From contig CAXXVO010000006.1 of the NCBI GenBank assembly GCA_963422645.2, positions 32,001 to 96,000 of the forward strand: 64,000 nucleotides of DNA, given 5' to 3'. The position numbers were made by a program, and so were the translations under genes. The stretch's first letter is position 1, and each line of letters starts with the position of its first letter. The DNA comes from Alphaproteobacteria bacterium. Lineage in GTDB: Bacteria; Pseudomonadota; Alphaproteobacteria; UBA828. Positions 37,954 through 47,856 of this stretch are shown piece by piece. The notes beneath the pieces were generated by a model that ran no database searches, was not told the origin of the DNA, and saw only the letters and a list, made by a program, of their open reading frames with translations.

Positions 37954-38403
37954 TTGACCGGTAATCCTCCGTAGCGGGCCACTATCACCTGCGGGCCCTC
38001 GATCATTCTCACCGCCCGCGGTCCCAAATCCGACGCTGCCCGCGGCAAGGGTGCACCGGAGCGCGGCTCGTGGCGAGCGGGGTGACGGCCACGCCCATGG
38101 CACCGCGGTTCATATAACAGACCACAGGGCCCCCATTTATATAGCAATGGACCTACGTGGGGCGCCTCTCCCTATAACAAACCAGTCTAGTGGCCGTTCC
38201 AGCAAGCGGTTTGACTTGGCGTCCAGTCCAAATCGAAGGGGACGGTCGCCATGAAGCCGCACGCCGCCATCCACCACGTGAGCCATCGATTCCACCGCGA
38301 CCCCTCCCAGGTATCGTCCCGGTGGTTCCAAATCTCCCGCTGGCACACGGAATTCCGCATTCGAGCGGCGACAAGGCTCGGCACCCTCCTCGGGTCCGTG
38401 TCG

Positions 38404-38973
38404 ATGCTGACTCTCGAGATGCTGGCGAGGTCGGGGCAGCGATGGTCACGGTTCGCCAATCCGAAACTCGTCGCAGCTCTCACCTGTGTTGCGTTCCTTC
38501 TGAACGCGTGCGGCGGCGGTGGCGGCAGCAAAGAGCTGGCTGTCCTCCACGGGCAGGATGCGCGCCTTCAAACCGGGGCAAGTGAGCTTGCAGAAGGCGG
38601 GGACGGCGACGGAGATGGGGACGGCGATATTGGCGCGCCCAATGCGCTTGGCGTAAAAGGAAATGCTCTGACGCTCAGTAAACAGGTGAGCATCGTCACC
38701 GAAACGGACACGCCGACGCTAAGTACGGATGGGAGCGTCGGCAACGAAGGAACAACGAGCTATCAGGTCATCAACTTGGAGGGCCGCTACCCTGGGACCT
38801 TCTCCGGCGCACGCGTACAGCACTCATTCGACGATTGGGGCTACTGGGCAACGCAGGGCTTCGAGACGCTGTTCAAGGCATACAATAGCGGCAGCGTAGA
38901 GAACGGCTCGTTCTACACCCTGCACATCGAAGGCATTCCGACCGGCAATAATCCGGTCAGTGGCTCCTTAGTC
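38404..38973 (+). pseudogene. Predicted lipoprotein truncated by IS
   Basis: Hydrophobic stretch then LNAC-GGGGG lipobox and GD repeats; frame runs into the IS end; start uncertain. Confidence 0.6.
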
Positions 38974-41331
38974 TCAGACTTCCTGACCTCTGCTGATTTT
39001 AGGTGACACGAGCCGCGCGGATTCCGAGGCCCCGTCGATGTCGTAGACTATGCGCAGACGGGTGCCGGGGAAGACCGTTTCGGTGGCGTTCAGGTCGCTC
39101 AGAACCGCATCGATCCAACGGTCGCAGGCGTCGTTTGCGAGGCCAAGAATGTGGACCCGCAGGAGGCCATTGCCAGGATCCGGCAGGATGTCGGCATCGG
39201 CGGTGAGCAGCGCTTGAAGCAGTTTCCGGGGATGGGGCTTGTGGCCCTGCGCCTGCATGACGGGAAGCATCATGCGGGTTTCGGCGCGGTAGGCGATCAT
39301 CCGGATGACGTCGAGGAGGAGGCGCTCGCGCGCGGGCAAGGCATCGAGCTGCTCGGCTTCGTCGAGGTCGCCGGCCCGGCAGTGCTTGGGCGTCTCCCTG
39401 CGGCTGGCCCTGACGATGTCGCGGACATCCTGGAGGTCCCTGACTTCCCTCCTGAGTTCCGCCGTCGGCTGCTTCTTCCGGGCCGTGTCGGCGATGCGGT
39501 TGCGCAGGCGGCCAAGCTGGCGGTCGAGGCGATGGATTGCCTTGTCATAGGCCCGCCGCAGCGGGTTGACGACCATGGCGGCGGGATCGAGAGGCTCGAG
39601 CTCGTGGGTCGGCAGGGCGTCGAGATTGAACTCGTCACGCATGTACTTGAAGAAGTTCTCCTGCGACCAGCGCGAGAACATGGCGCCCGCAACCTCAGCC
39701 ATCGGCTTGTGCGGATCGGTGGTGATCAGCGGCACCTGACGGCCGTTGTCGAGCAGGCGGCGGATCTGGCGCACCCTGAAGCCGTTCGGCAACGTCACCG
39801 GCTTCTCAGCCAGCCGCATGGTGGCGCTGCCGTCCGCCGCCGGTCCGTGAATGGGAACGGTCATCGCGCCGAAGTCCTCGGCCGGCCAGTCCTCGCCCCT
39901 GAAGTTCTTGTGCCAGGTCAGGCAGGCGACGCCGCGCCTCGCCAGCCGGCGGAACAGATCCGGGCTCCAGCCCTCGCGGTCGAAGACCAGGGTGAGCGCC
40001 GGCTGGCCGGGATGCTCGGCGGTCAGGTCCGGCGCCCCGGCGCCAACGATCCCAAGCTCCTGCAGCGCCGGCACCACGTCGGCTTCGATGGCCGCGACCA
40101 TCTTCGGGTCCAGCGGCTTGTGCAGACAGAGCAGCGGCTTGCCGCCCAGAGCGTTGATCCAGTAGCTGGCGCTCGCCGGCAGGCACAGCTTCTCGCGCGA
40201 GACGAAGTGCTTGGGCAAGCGCCCCTTGCGGCCGGAGTAGACCTTGACGTGCCCGTCGATGGCCAGCGTCGCCCAGAGCTCCGGCTCGTCGGCCTGCCAG
40301 CGCCTGGCAAGGGCGAGCTGCCACGCCCGCACGCCGGCCTCGTCGTCGGCGATGAGAGCGATCTTGCGGCGCAGCGTCTTGACCTCGGGGCAGCGATCGA
40401 GGCCGAGAATGGCGCCCCATTCGCCCGGCGCCTGGTAGCGCAGGCTCTCGGGGTTGCGCACCCGCGCCAAGGTCATGAAGGCCAGGAAGAGCAGGATCGT
40501 AGGCAAGCCGTAATAGCCCTTCGGCAGCAATGGCAGGAGACCGGTCTCGGAGAGAAGACCTTCCTTCAGCAGGGCCGGCAGGGCGGCGAGCACGCCGCCG
40601 AAGCGGACACCGCGGGCGGCGGCGGCGAACTGCGGTTCGACCGGCCCCGCCTGTCCACAACTGGCCAGAACCCGAGCCGGAACATCGCAAGTCGCACGCC
40701 CCATCGGCGCCTGCCGGTCCCGCCGATCGCGCGCGCTGCGATCCGTTTGCGGCTGCGCTTCCAGCCCCGGCGCCGTCTCCGGCCCCGGGGCACCGGTACT
40801 CTCTTCATCGACACGGCCTTCAGGAGCCGCACCCGCGTCAGGCGGCGCAGCCAGCGCTGAGCGTCCGGGCTCCCCATCCGCCTCCGTGTTGCCGATCAGT
40901 CCCTGACGGCGCCACTTGTTGACCGATGGCGCTGACACGCCGAGAACCCGGGCCGCCGCAGAGCCGCTCAGGCCCGATGCCAGCAACGCCGTCGCCTTCT
41001 CCGCCAACTCCGGAGTGAACACCGACGGCCCGCGACCGCGCCGGGGCTTCATGAACCCCGCTTCGCCCTCGGCCAGGTAGCGCCGTCGTGCGCGCTGCAC
41101 CGTCGCGCGCGAGACAGCGAAAGCGTCAGCCAGTTCCTGCGGCGAGACCGCGCTGATCGCCGCGAGGCGGCCGATCCGCAAGAGCATGGCCGTGCGGTCA
41201 TCGGCGGCGTGGCTGTCAAAGGGAATGAGGTTGGAAAAGTAGGTGAAGGTGTCGTCCGAGATCAGGACGGCGAAGCAGCTGTTGCCGATCGAGACCGCCT
41301 CTGGAGGGCACATTGGGAGGGTACTGGGCAT
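38974..41331 (-). CDS. Large putative DDE transposase (785 aa), copy 1
   Basis: IDGHVKVY, VFDREGW, RWSQENFFKYM; the stop codon is the terminal 3 bp of the IR. Confidence 0.8.
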   Translation of the reverse strand: MPSTLPMCPPEAVSIGNSCFAVLISDDTFTYFSNLIPFDSHAADDRTAMLLRIGRLAAISAVSPQELADAFAVSRATVQRARRRYLAEGEAGFMKPRRGRGPSVFTPELAEKATALLASGLSGSAAARVLGVSAPSVNKWRRQGLIGNTEADGEPGRSALAAPPDAGAAPEGRVDEESTGAPGPETAPGLEAQPQTDRSARDRRDRQAPMGRATCDVPARVLASCGQAGPVEPQFAAAARGVRFGGVLAALPALLKEGLLSETGLLPLLPKGYYGLPTILLFLAFMTLARVRNPESLRYQAPGEWGAILGLDRCPEVKTLRRKIALIADDEAGVRAWQLALARRWQADEPELWATLAIDGHVKVYSGRKGRLPKHFVSREKLCLPASASYWINALGGKPLLCLHKPLDPKMVAAIEADVVPALQELGIVGAGAPDLTAEHPGQPALTLVFDREGWSPDLFRRLARRGVACLTWHKNFRGEDWPAEDFGAMTVPIHGPAADGSATMRLAEKPVTLPNGFRVRQIRRLLDNGRQVPLITTDPHKPMAEVAGAMFSRWSQENFFKYMRDEFNLDALPTHELEPLDPAAMVVNPLRRAYDKAIHRLDRQLGRLRNRIADTARKKQPTAELRREVRDLQDVRDIVRASRRETPKHCRAGDLDEAEQLDALPARERLLLDVIRMIAYRAETRMMLPVMQAQGHKPHPRKLLQALLTADADILPDPGNGLLRVHILGLANDACDRWIDAVLSDLNATETVFPGTRLRIVYDIDGASESARLVSPKISRGQEV

Positions 41332-41486
41332 GGTTGAGACCGTGCAATTGGTATCAAATTATAATATCAGACCTCGGGCGCGACACCCAGCGAAAAACCG
41401 CCTGAAACAACCGAAATGTATCAGAATTCAAGGAGTTCCCGGCACGCTGCCCAGAACAGCCAGCATCACGAGGTCAGGAAGTCTGA
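38974..41486 (-). mobile_element. Unclassified IS (2513 bp), copy 1 of tandem dimer
   Basis: 17-bp IRs TCAGACTTCCTGACCTC; GTC on both sides. Confidence 0.9.
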
Positions 41487-41489
41487 GTC

Positions 41490-43847
41490 TCAGACTTCCT
41501 GACCTCTGCTGATTTTAGGTGACACGAGCCGCGCGGATTCCGAGGCCCCGTCGATGTCGTAGACTATGCGCAGACGGGTGCCGGGGAAGACCGTTTCGGT
41601 GGCGTTCAGGTCGCTCAGAACCGCATCGATCCAACGGTCGCAGGCGTCGTTTGCGAGGCCAAGAATGTGGACCCGCAGGAGGCCATTGCCAGGATCCGGC
41701 AGGATGTCGGCATCGGCGGTGAGCAGCGCTTGAAGCAGTTTCCGGGGATGGGGCTTGTGGCCCTGCGCCTGCATGACGGGAAGCATCATGCGGGTTTCGG
41801 CGCGGTAGGCGATCATCCGGATGACGTCGAGGAGGAGGCGCTCGCGCGCGGGCAAGGCATCGAGCTGCTCGGCTTCGTCGAGGTCGCCGGCCCGGCAGTG
41901 CTTGGGCGTCTCCCTGCGGCTGGCCCTGACGATGTCGCGGACATCCTGGAGGTCCCTGACTTCCCTCCTGAGTTCCGCCGTCGGCTGCTTCTTCCGGGCC
42001 GTGTCGGCGATGCGGTTGCGCAGGCGGCCAAGCTGGCGGTCGAGGCGATGGATTGCCTTGTCATAGGCCCGCCGCAGCGGGTTGACGACCATGGCGGCGG
42101 GATCGAGAGGCTCGAGCTCGTGGGTCGGCAGGGCGTCGAGATTGAACTCGTCACGCATGTACTTGAAGAAGTTCTCCTGCGACCAGCGCGAGAACATGGC
42201 GCCCGCAACCTCAGCCATCGGCTTGTGCGGATCGGTGGTGATCAGCGGCACCTGACGGCCGTTGTCGAGCAGGCGGCGGATCTGGCGCACCCTGAAGCCG
42301 TTCGGCAACGTCACCGGCTTCTCAGCCAGCCGCATGGTGGCGCTGCCGTCCGCCGCCGGTCCGTGAATGGGAACGGTCATCGCGCCGAAGTCCTCGGCCG
42401 GCCAGTCCTCGCCCCTGAAGTTCTTGTGCCAGGTCAGGCAGGCGACGCCGCGCCTCGCCAGCCGGCGGAACAGATCCGGGCTCCAGCCCTCGCGGTCGAA
42501 GACCAGGGTGAGCGCCGGCTGGCCGGGATGCTCGGCGGTCAGGTCCGGCGCCCCGGCGCCAACGATCCCAAGCTCCTGCAGCGCCGGCACCACGTCGGCT
42601 TCGATGGCCGCGACCATCTTCGGGTCCAGCGGCTTGTGCAGACAGAGCAGCGGCTTGCCGCCCAGAGCGTTGATCCAGTAGCTGGCGCTCGCCGGCAGGC
42701 ACAGCTTCTCGCGCGAGACGAAGTGCTTGGGCAAGCGCCCCTTGCGGCCGGAGTAGACCTTGACGTGCCCGTCGATGGCCAGCGTCGCCCAGAGCTCCGG
42801 CTCGTCGGCCTGCCAGCGCCTGGCAAGGGCGAGCTGCCACGCCCGCACGCCGGCCTCGTCGTCGGCGATGAGAGCGATCTTGCGGCGCAGCGTCTTGACC
42901 TCGGGGCAGCGATCGAGGCCGAGAATGGCGCCCCATTCGCCCGGCGCCTGGTAGCGCAGGCTCTCGGGGTTGCGCACCCGCGCCAAGGTCATGAAGGCCA
43001 GGAAGAGCAGGATCGTAGGCAAGCCGTAATAGCCCTTCGGCAGCAATGGCAGGAGACCGGTCTCGGAGAGAAGACCTTCCTTCAGCAGGGCCGGCAGGGC
43101 GGCGAGCACGCCGCCGAAGCGGACACCGCGGGCGGCGGCGGCGAACTGCGGTTCGACCGGCCCCGCCTGTCCACAACTGGCCAGAACCCGAGCCGGAACA
43201 TCGCAAGTCGCACGCCCCATCGGCGCCTGCCGGTCCCGCCGATCGCGCGCGCTGCGATCCGTTTGCGGCTGCGCTTCCAGCCCCGGCGCCGTCTCCGGCC
43301 CCGGGGCACCGGTACTCTCTTCATCGACACGGCCTTCAGGAGCCGCACCCGCGTCAGGCGGCGCAGCCAGCGCTGAGCGTCCGGGCTCCCCATCCGCCTC
43401 CGTGTTGCCGATCAGTCCCTGACGGCGCCACTTGTTGACCGATGGCGCTGACACGCCGAGAACCCGGGCCGCCGCAGAGCCGCTCAGGCCCGATGCCAGC
43501 AACGCCGTCGCCTTCTCCGCCAACTCCGGAGTGAACACCGACGGCCCGCGACCGCGCCGGGGCTTCATGAACCCCGCTTCGCCCTCGGCCAGGTAGCGCC
43601 GTCGTGCGCGCTGCACCGTCGCGCGCGAGACAGCGAAAGCGTCAGCCAGTTCCTGCGGCGAGACCGCGCTGATCGCCGCGAGGCGGCCGATCCGCAAGAG
43701 CATGGCCGTGCGGTCATCGGCGGCGTGGCTGTCAAAGGGAATGAGGTTGGAAAAGTAGGTGAAGGTGTCGTCCGAGATCAGGACGGCGAAGCAGCTGTTG
43801 CCGATCGAGACCGCCTCTGGAGGGCACATTGGGAGGGTACTGGGCAT
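41490..43847 (-). CDS. Large putative DDE transposase (785 aa), copy 2
   Basis: Identical protein to copy 1. Confidence 0.8.
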   Translation of the reverse strand: MPSTLPMCPPEAVSIGNSCFAVLISDDTFTYFSNLIPFDSHAADDRTAMLLRIGRLAAISAVSPQELADAFAVSRATVQRARRRYLAEGEAGFMKPRRGRGPSVFTPELAEKATALLASGLSGSAAARVLGVSAPSVNKWRRQGLIGNTEADGEPGRSALAAPPDAGAAPEGRVDEESTGAPGPETAPGLEAQPQTDRSARDRRDRQAPMGRATCDVPARVLASCGQAGPVEPQFAAAARGVRFGGVLAALPALLKEGLLSETGLLPLLPKGYYGLPTILLFLAFMTLARVRNPESLRYQAPGEWGAILGLDRCPEVKTLRRKIALIADDEAGVRAWQLALARRWQADEPELWATLAIDGHVKVYSGRKGRLPKHFVSREKLCLPASASYWINALGGKPLLCLHKPLDPKMVAAIEADVVPALQELGIVGAGAPDLTAEHPGQPALTLVFDREGWSPDLFRRLARRGVACLTWHKNFRGEDWPAEDFGAMTVPIHGPAADGSATMRLAEKPVTLPNGFRVRQIRRLLDNGRQVPLITTDPHKPMAEVAGAMFSRWSQENFFKYMRDEFNLDALPTHELEPLDPAAMVVNPLRRAYDKAIHRLDRQLGRLRNRIADTARKKQPTAELRREVRDLQDVRDIVRASRRETPKHCRAGDLDEAEQLDALPARERLLLDVIRMIAYRAETRMMLPVMQAQGHKPHPRKLLQALLTADADILPDPGNGLLRVHILGLANDACDRWIDAVLSDLNATETVFPGTRLRIVYDIDGASESARLVSPKISRGQEV

Positions 43848-44002
43848 GGTTGAGACCGTGCAATTGGTATCAAATTATAATATCAGACCTCGGGCGCGAC
43901 ACCCAGCGAAAAACCGCCTGAAACAACCGAAATGTATCAGAATTCAAGGAGTTCCCGGCACGCTGCCCAGAACAGCCAGCATCACGAGGTCAGGAAGTCT
44001 GA
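41490..44002 (-). mobile_element. Unclassified IS (2513 bp), copy 2 of tandem dimer
   Basis: Repeats copy 1 at a 2516-bp offset; ORF translations identical. Confidence 0.9.
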
Positions 44003-44483
44003 GACTGCGCTCCTGAACTTCTCCGGCTCATCCTGAGTATCGCTGTCCTCTCATCTTGTTCGCGACGCGGCGTTCATCATCCTCTCGCGCTCAAGAGAGT
44101 AGGCACCCCCGCGGCGTGGGGGCGTTGACGCAAAAGGAACTGGCTTGTTCCATAAGAGAGAGGGGGTACCTGGGCAGTTACATATAACCACTCCGAGCCG
44201 AGCAATTACTTGACGATTCAATTGGATAGAGCGGTAAGAACATTCGGAGAGTCTAGCGAATGGATAGGAGTCGATGCGACCTGCTTTTATTCGGACCCTG
44301 AACTTCGATAAGAGTCGGGATTTAGATACTTCGACCTGTGTTGGACTTCACACCATGACACGGGCGAAGCTGAAATTCTTGTGTCTTCGAATTTCCCTCC
44401 GTATGGATGTCGGAGTTGCTGACGATTTATCTGCGCCAAGACCGGGCGTGGCCAGCCGAGCGTGAGGAGAAAGAGCAGGCGGG

Positions 44484-46088
44484 TTAGATCTCTCCGCGGC
44501 CCATCAGGCGGGCGATGTGTCCCGCTTGCCGGATGGCGAGGGTGACGATTGTGAGCGTCGGATTGCCCGCGAGCGACGAGGTGAACTGGCTGCCGTCGGA
44601 GATGAAGAGGTTGGGGATCTCGTGGCTCCGGCCCCAGCGGTCGACCACGCCTGCACCGGGGTCGTCGCTCATGCGGCAGGTGCCGAGATTGTGCGAGACC
44701 GGGAGCGGCGGCGAGCAGAAGATGCGGAACGCACCGGCCGCCTCCAGGATCGGGATCCCGTTGCGGTAGGCGTAACGCTTCATCGCGAGATCGTTGGGGT
44801 GATCGTCGAGATTGAGGCAAGCGATGGGTAGCCCATGCCGGTCTCTCTCGCTGGGATGCAAGGTCACCCGGTTGGAGGCGATCGGCATGTCCTCGCCGTT
44901 CACGAACAATCCCCCGACGCACTCATAGGCCTCGATCCAGCTCGCGTAGTCGCGGCCCCAGCGCCCCGGACTCATGAACGCCGCGAAGAAGGGCAGGCCG
45001 AGGCCCATGGAGCCGAAATAGAAACCGCCGGCGAAGCCGCGCGCCGGGTCGTGCCGGGCCTCGTCGCGGATGATGCCGGCGACGGTCATTCCGCGGTACA
45101 TGCGCACCGGCTTCAGGAACTCGCCGTACATATAGGCCGTCACATGACGCATGTAGTGCCGGCCGACCGCGCCCGCTCCGTTGGCAAGCCCGTCCGGCCA
45201 CGCGTTCGACTCCGAGTTGAGCAGCAGCCGCGCGGTCTCGATCGAGTTCGCCGCCACGCAAATCAGCCGCGCCTTCTGCAAGTGATGGTGCCCCGCGGCA
45301 TCGGCATAAAGCACGCCGCGGACCTTGCCGCGCTCGTCATGCTCGATGCGGAGCGCCATCGATCGCGTGCGAATCTCGCAATGGCCCGTGGCCTCTGCGC
45401 GCGGCAGCTCCGAAACAAAGGTGGACCACTTGCCGCCCGAGCGGCAGCCTTGCATGCAGAATCCGATCTTATCGCAGGCGTTGCGCCCGTCGCGCGGCAC
45501 CGCATTGATCGCCACATTGTTGGGACCATAGTCGCGATAGCCCATGCGCTTTGCGCCGAGCGCCATGACCCGACAGGCGTTATTGCCCCGGTGCTGCGCG
45601 ATATTGCCCCGCCCGCTGACACCCATCTTGCTCTCGGCCTCGCGGTAGAAGGGCTCTAACTCCTCATGGTCGACCGGCCAGTCCTCCAGGGCGGCGCCCT
45701 CGATCTCGCCGTAAGTGGAGCGCGCCTTGAACTCGTAGGGATTCGGACGCGGACACATGGCCGCCCAATGAAGCGTGGTCCCGCCCAATCCCTTGCAGGT
45801 CCAGGTCGGCGCCGTCGGGTAGTCGCGGGCGATGGGCGAGCCGCCGGTGCAGGCCCGCTCATCCTTCCAGGTGAGAAGGTCGTACATCGCCCACTCGTCG
45901 TTGACGAAATCGCTCGTCTTGAAGCGTGGCCCGGCCTCCAGCACGACCACGTCGATCCCCCGCCGGGTCAGCTCGTCGGCCATGGTGCCGCCGCCGGCGC
46001 CTGAGCCGATGATGACGACGACGCTATCGTCGGTCAGGTCATAGGTGACGGCGGGGACGTCCTCGTCATCGAGATAAGGCGTGGTCAT
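44484..46088 (-). CDS. GMC-family flavin oxidoreductase
   Basis: IIGSGAGGG, GLGGTTLHWA, SHNLGTCRM, NPTLTI. Confidence 0.92.
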   Translation of the reverse strand: MTTPYLDDEDVPAVTYDLTDDSVVVIIGSGAGGGTMADELTRRGIDVVVLEAGPRFKTSDFVNDEWAMYDLLTWKDERACTGGSPIARDYPTAPTWTCKGLGGTTLHWAAMCPRPNPYEFKARSTYGEIEGAALEDWPVDHEELEPFYREAESKMGVSGRGNIAQHRGNNACRVMALGAKRMGYRDYGPNNVAINAVPRDGRNACDKIGFCMQGCRSGGKWSTFVSELPRAEATGHCEIRTRSMALRIEHDERGKVRGVLYADAAGHHHLQKARLICVAANSIETARLLLNSESNAWPDGLANGAGAVGRHYMRHVTAYMYGEFLKPVRMYRGMTVAGIIRDEARHDPARGFAGGFYFGSMGLGLPFFAAFMSPGRWGRDYASWIEAYECVGGLFVNGEDMPIASNRVTLHPSERDRHGLPIACLNLDDHPNDLAMKRYAYRNGIPILEAAGAFRIFCSPPLPVSHNLGTCRMSDDPGAGVVDRWGRSHEIPNLFISDGSQFTSSLAGNPTLTIVTLAIRQAGHIARLMGRGEI

Positions 46089-46522
46089 CGCTCGGTCTCC
46101 GCGTCCACTTCATCCTCGGAGATCCAGTCGATGTCGTCGAAGCCGCGTTGGATATAGCCGCCGAGGTGGGACGACGCCCCTTCGTAGCCGAAACGGGGCC
46201 AAAGCTCGCGATTGTCGTAGAGATGGCGCGCCGTGCCGGCCCGCACGACTTCGAAGAATTGCGAGCCCTCGACAGCATAGAGCGCGGTCACTTTCTCCTT
46301 CTCCGAAAGGGCGACGAAGGGGCGCTCGAGCGCCGCATCCAGCGCCGCAACCCCTTCCGCCAACAGCGAGCGCTGGGTCGCGCCCCCCTCCCCCGAGACG
46401 ATATCGACCACGCGGCGGTAAGGAGCGTCGTCCAGGAAGTCGTGCGGGTAGAGAGCGCGCGCCATCGCGGTCAGCGTCGCCTGCACGTGCTTATCGAGCA
46501 TCCCCTCAGGTGTCGATGCCAT
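46085..46522 (-). CDS. Gluconate 2-dehydrogenase subunit 3-like partner
   Basis: MAR.LYPHD, FGYEGAS..GGYI.RGFDDIDW; coupled to the GMC gene. Confidence 0.75.
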   Translation of the reverse strand: MASTPEGMLDKHVQATLTAMARALYPHDFLDDAPYRRVVDIVSGEGGATQRSLLAEGVAALDAALERPFVALSEKEKVTALYAVEGSQFFEVVRAGTARHLYDNRELWPRFGYEGASSHLGGYIQRGFDDIDWISEDEVDAETER

Positions 46523-47856
46523 AGCTCATCGCCATCAGCTCGATCGGGTGATGGGCGCGCGTCGGGTGCGCTCGGCCCGCGCCGATCCGCTCCATCCCTT
46601 GCACGATGTGCTCGCCGGCGAGCGGACACTCCGAGGCGAGGTAAGCGCGGCCGCTCTCGGCCGCCTGCCGGATGACCGGCTCGCCGACCTTCATGCCGGT
46701 CTCGAAATTCCGCTTCATCACGCCCCAGGTGCCGCCGTGCCCGGCGCAGCGCTGCATCATCAAGACGTTGCTCTCCGGGATCAAGCGCAGCATGACGGCG
46801 GCTTTCGCACCGATGTTCTGGGCCCTGGCGTGGCAGGCTTGGTGGAGCGCGACATCGCCGTCGAGCGGCGGCCAGTCCCTCGGCGAGTCCCTCATCGCGG
46901 GCGATGCCCACGATGTATTCCGAAATGTCGCTGGTGTGCTCCGCGAGGCGCGCCACCGCCGGATCGTCCGGCATGTACTGCGGCCACGTCGTCTTCATCA
47001 TCAGCGCACACGATGGAATCGGCGCGACCACGTCCCAGCCGCGCTCGATCCAGGAACCGAGCGTGGCCGCAACGCGACGGGCGCGCCGGCAAATCTCGGC
47101 AACATCGCCACGTTCCAACTGCGGCATTCCGCAGCATTCGTCGTAGACGATCTGGGTTTCGACGCCGTTCTTCGCAAGCACGCCCTGGGCAGCATGGCCG
47201 ATGCCCGGATTGTTGTACTCGACGAAGCACGTCGCGTAGATCACGGCCTTGCGACCGGCAGCCGGCGCTCCCTTGTTCACCGGCGGCGGGGACGCATCGG
47301 CCCGCCGACTGAAGCTCCGGGCATGGAAGCGCGGCAGCACCGCGTCGCGGTGAATGCCGGCAAACGCTTCCATGAGCGCCCGGGCGAGTCGGTTGCCCCG
47401 GCGCGCCGCCCAGTTGGCGAGCGGCGCGAAAGCCCCGAGCCACCGGCCGTTGCGATCGGTCTCGCCCAACGCGCGCTCCATAGGGCCGACCTCGCCATCG
47501 TGCAGCGCACGCGCCCGCTGGCGAATCATCAGAGCGGGAAAGTCCACCGCGTGCACGTGCGGCGGCGTGTAGGGGCAAACCGGATAGCACATGTCGCAGA
47601 GCGTGCAGGCCGCACCCACGCTCTCGAAGTCGGCGCTCTTCACCGCGCCGACGCTGCCCGCGCCGTCGATCAGGTCGAAGAGCCTAGGGAAGCTCTCGCA
47701 GAGATCCACACAACGGCGGCAGGTGTGGCACACGCCTGCGACGCGGTGCAGCTCATCGTCGAGCGCACCTGCGTCAAGATACGCGGGCGCCTCCCAGTCG
47801 ATGGGTGGCCGTGGCACGGAGCGGTCCCGCACGGCCCGATCGGCGCTTTCAGCCAA
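46506..47856 (-). pseudogene. GlpC/HdrD-like Fe-S oxidoreductase with CCG domains, frameshifted near 46870
   Basis: CHTCRRCVDLC, CTLCDMCYPVC and ECCG in one frame; HQACH, RCAGHGG and SECP in another. Confidence 0.8.

Noticed and set aside
44003-44483. Possible ncRNA or small gene in the AT-richer spacer
   Set aside because: Only a short hairpin near 44102-44127; no recognisable RNA family or credible ORF.
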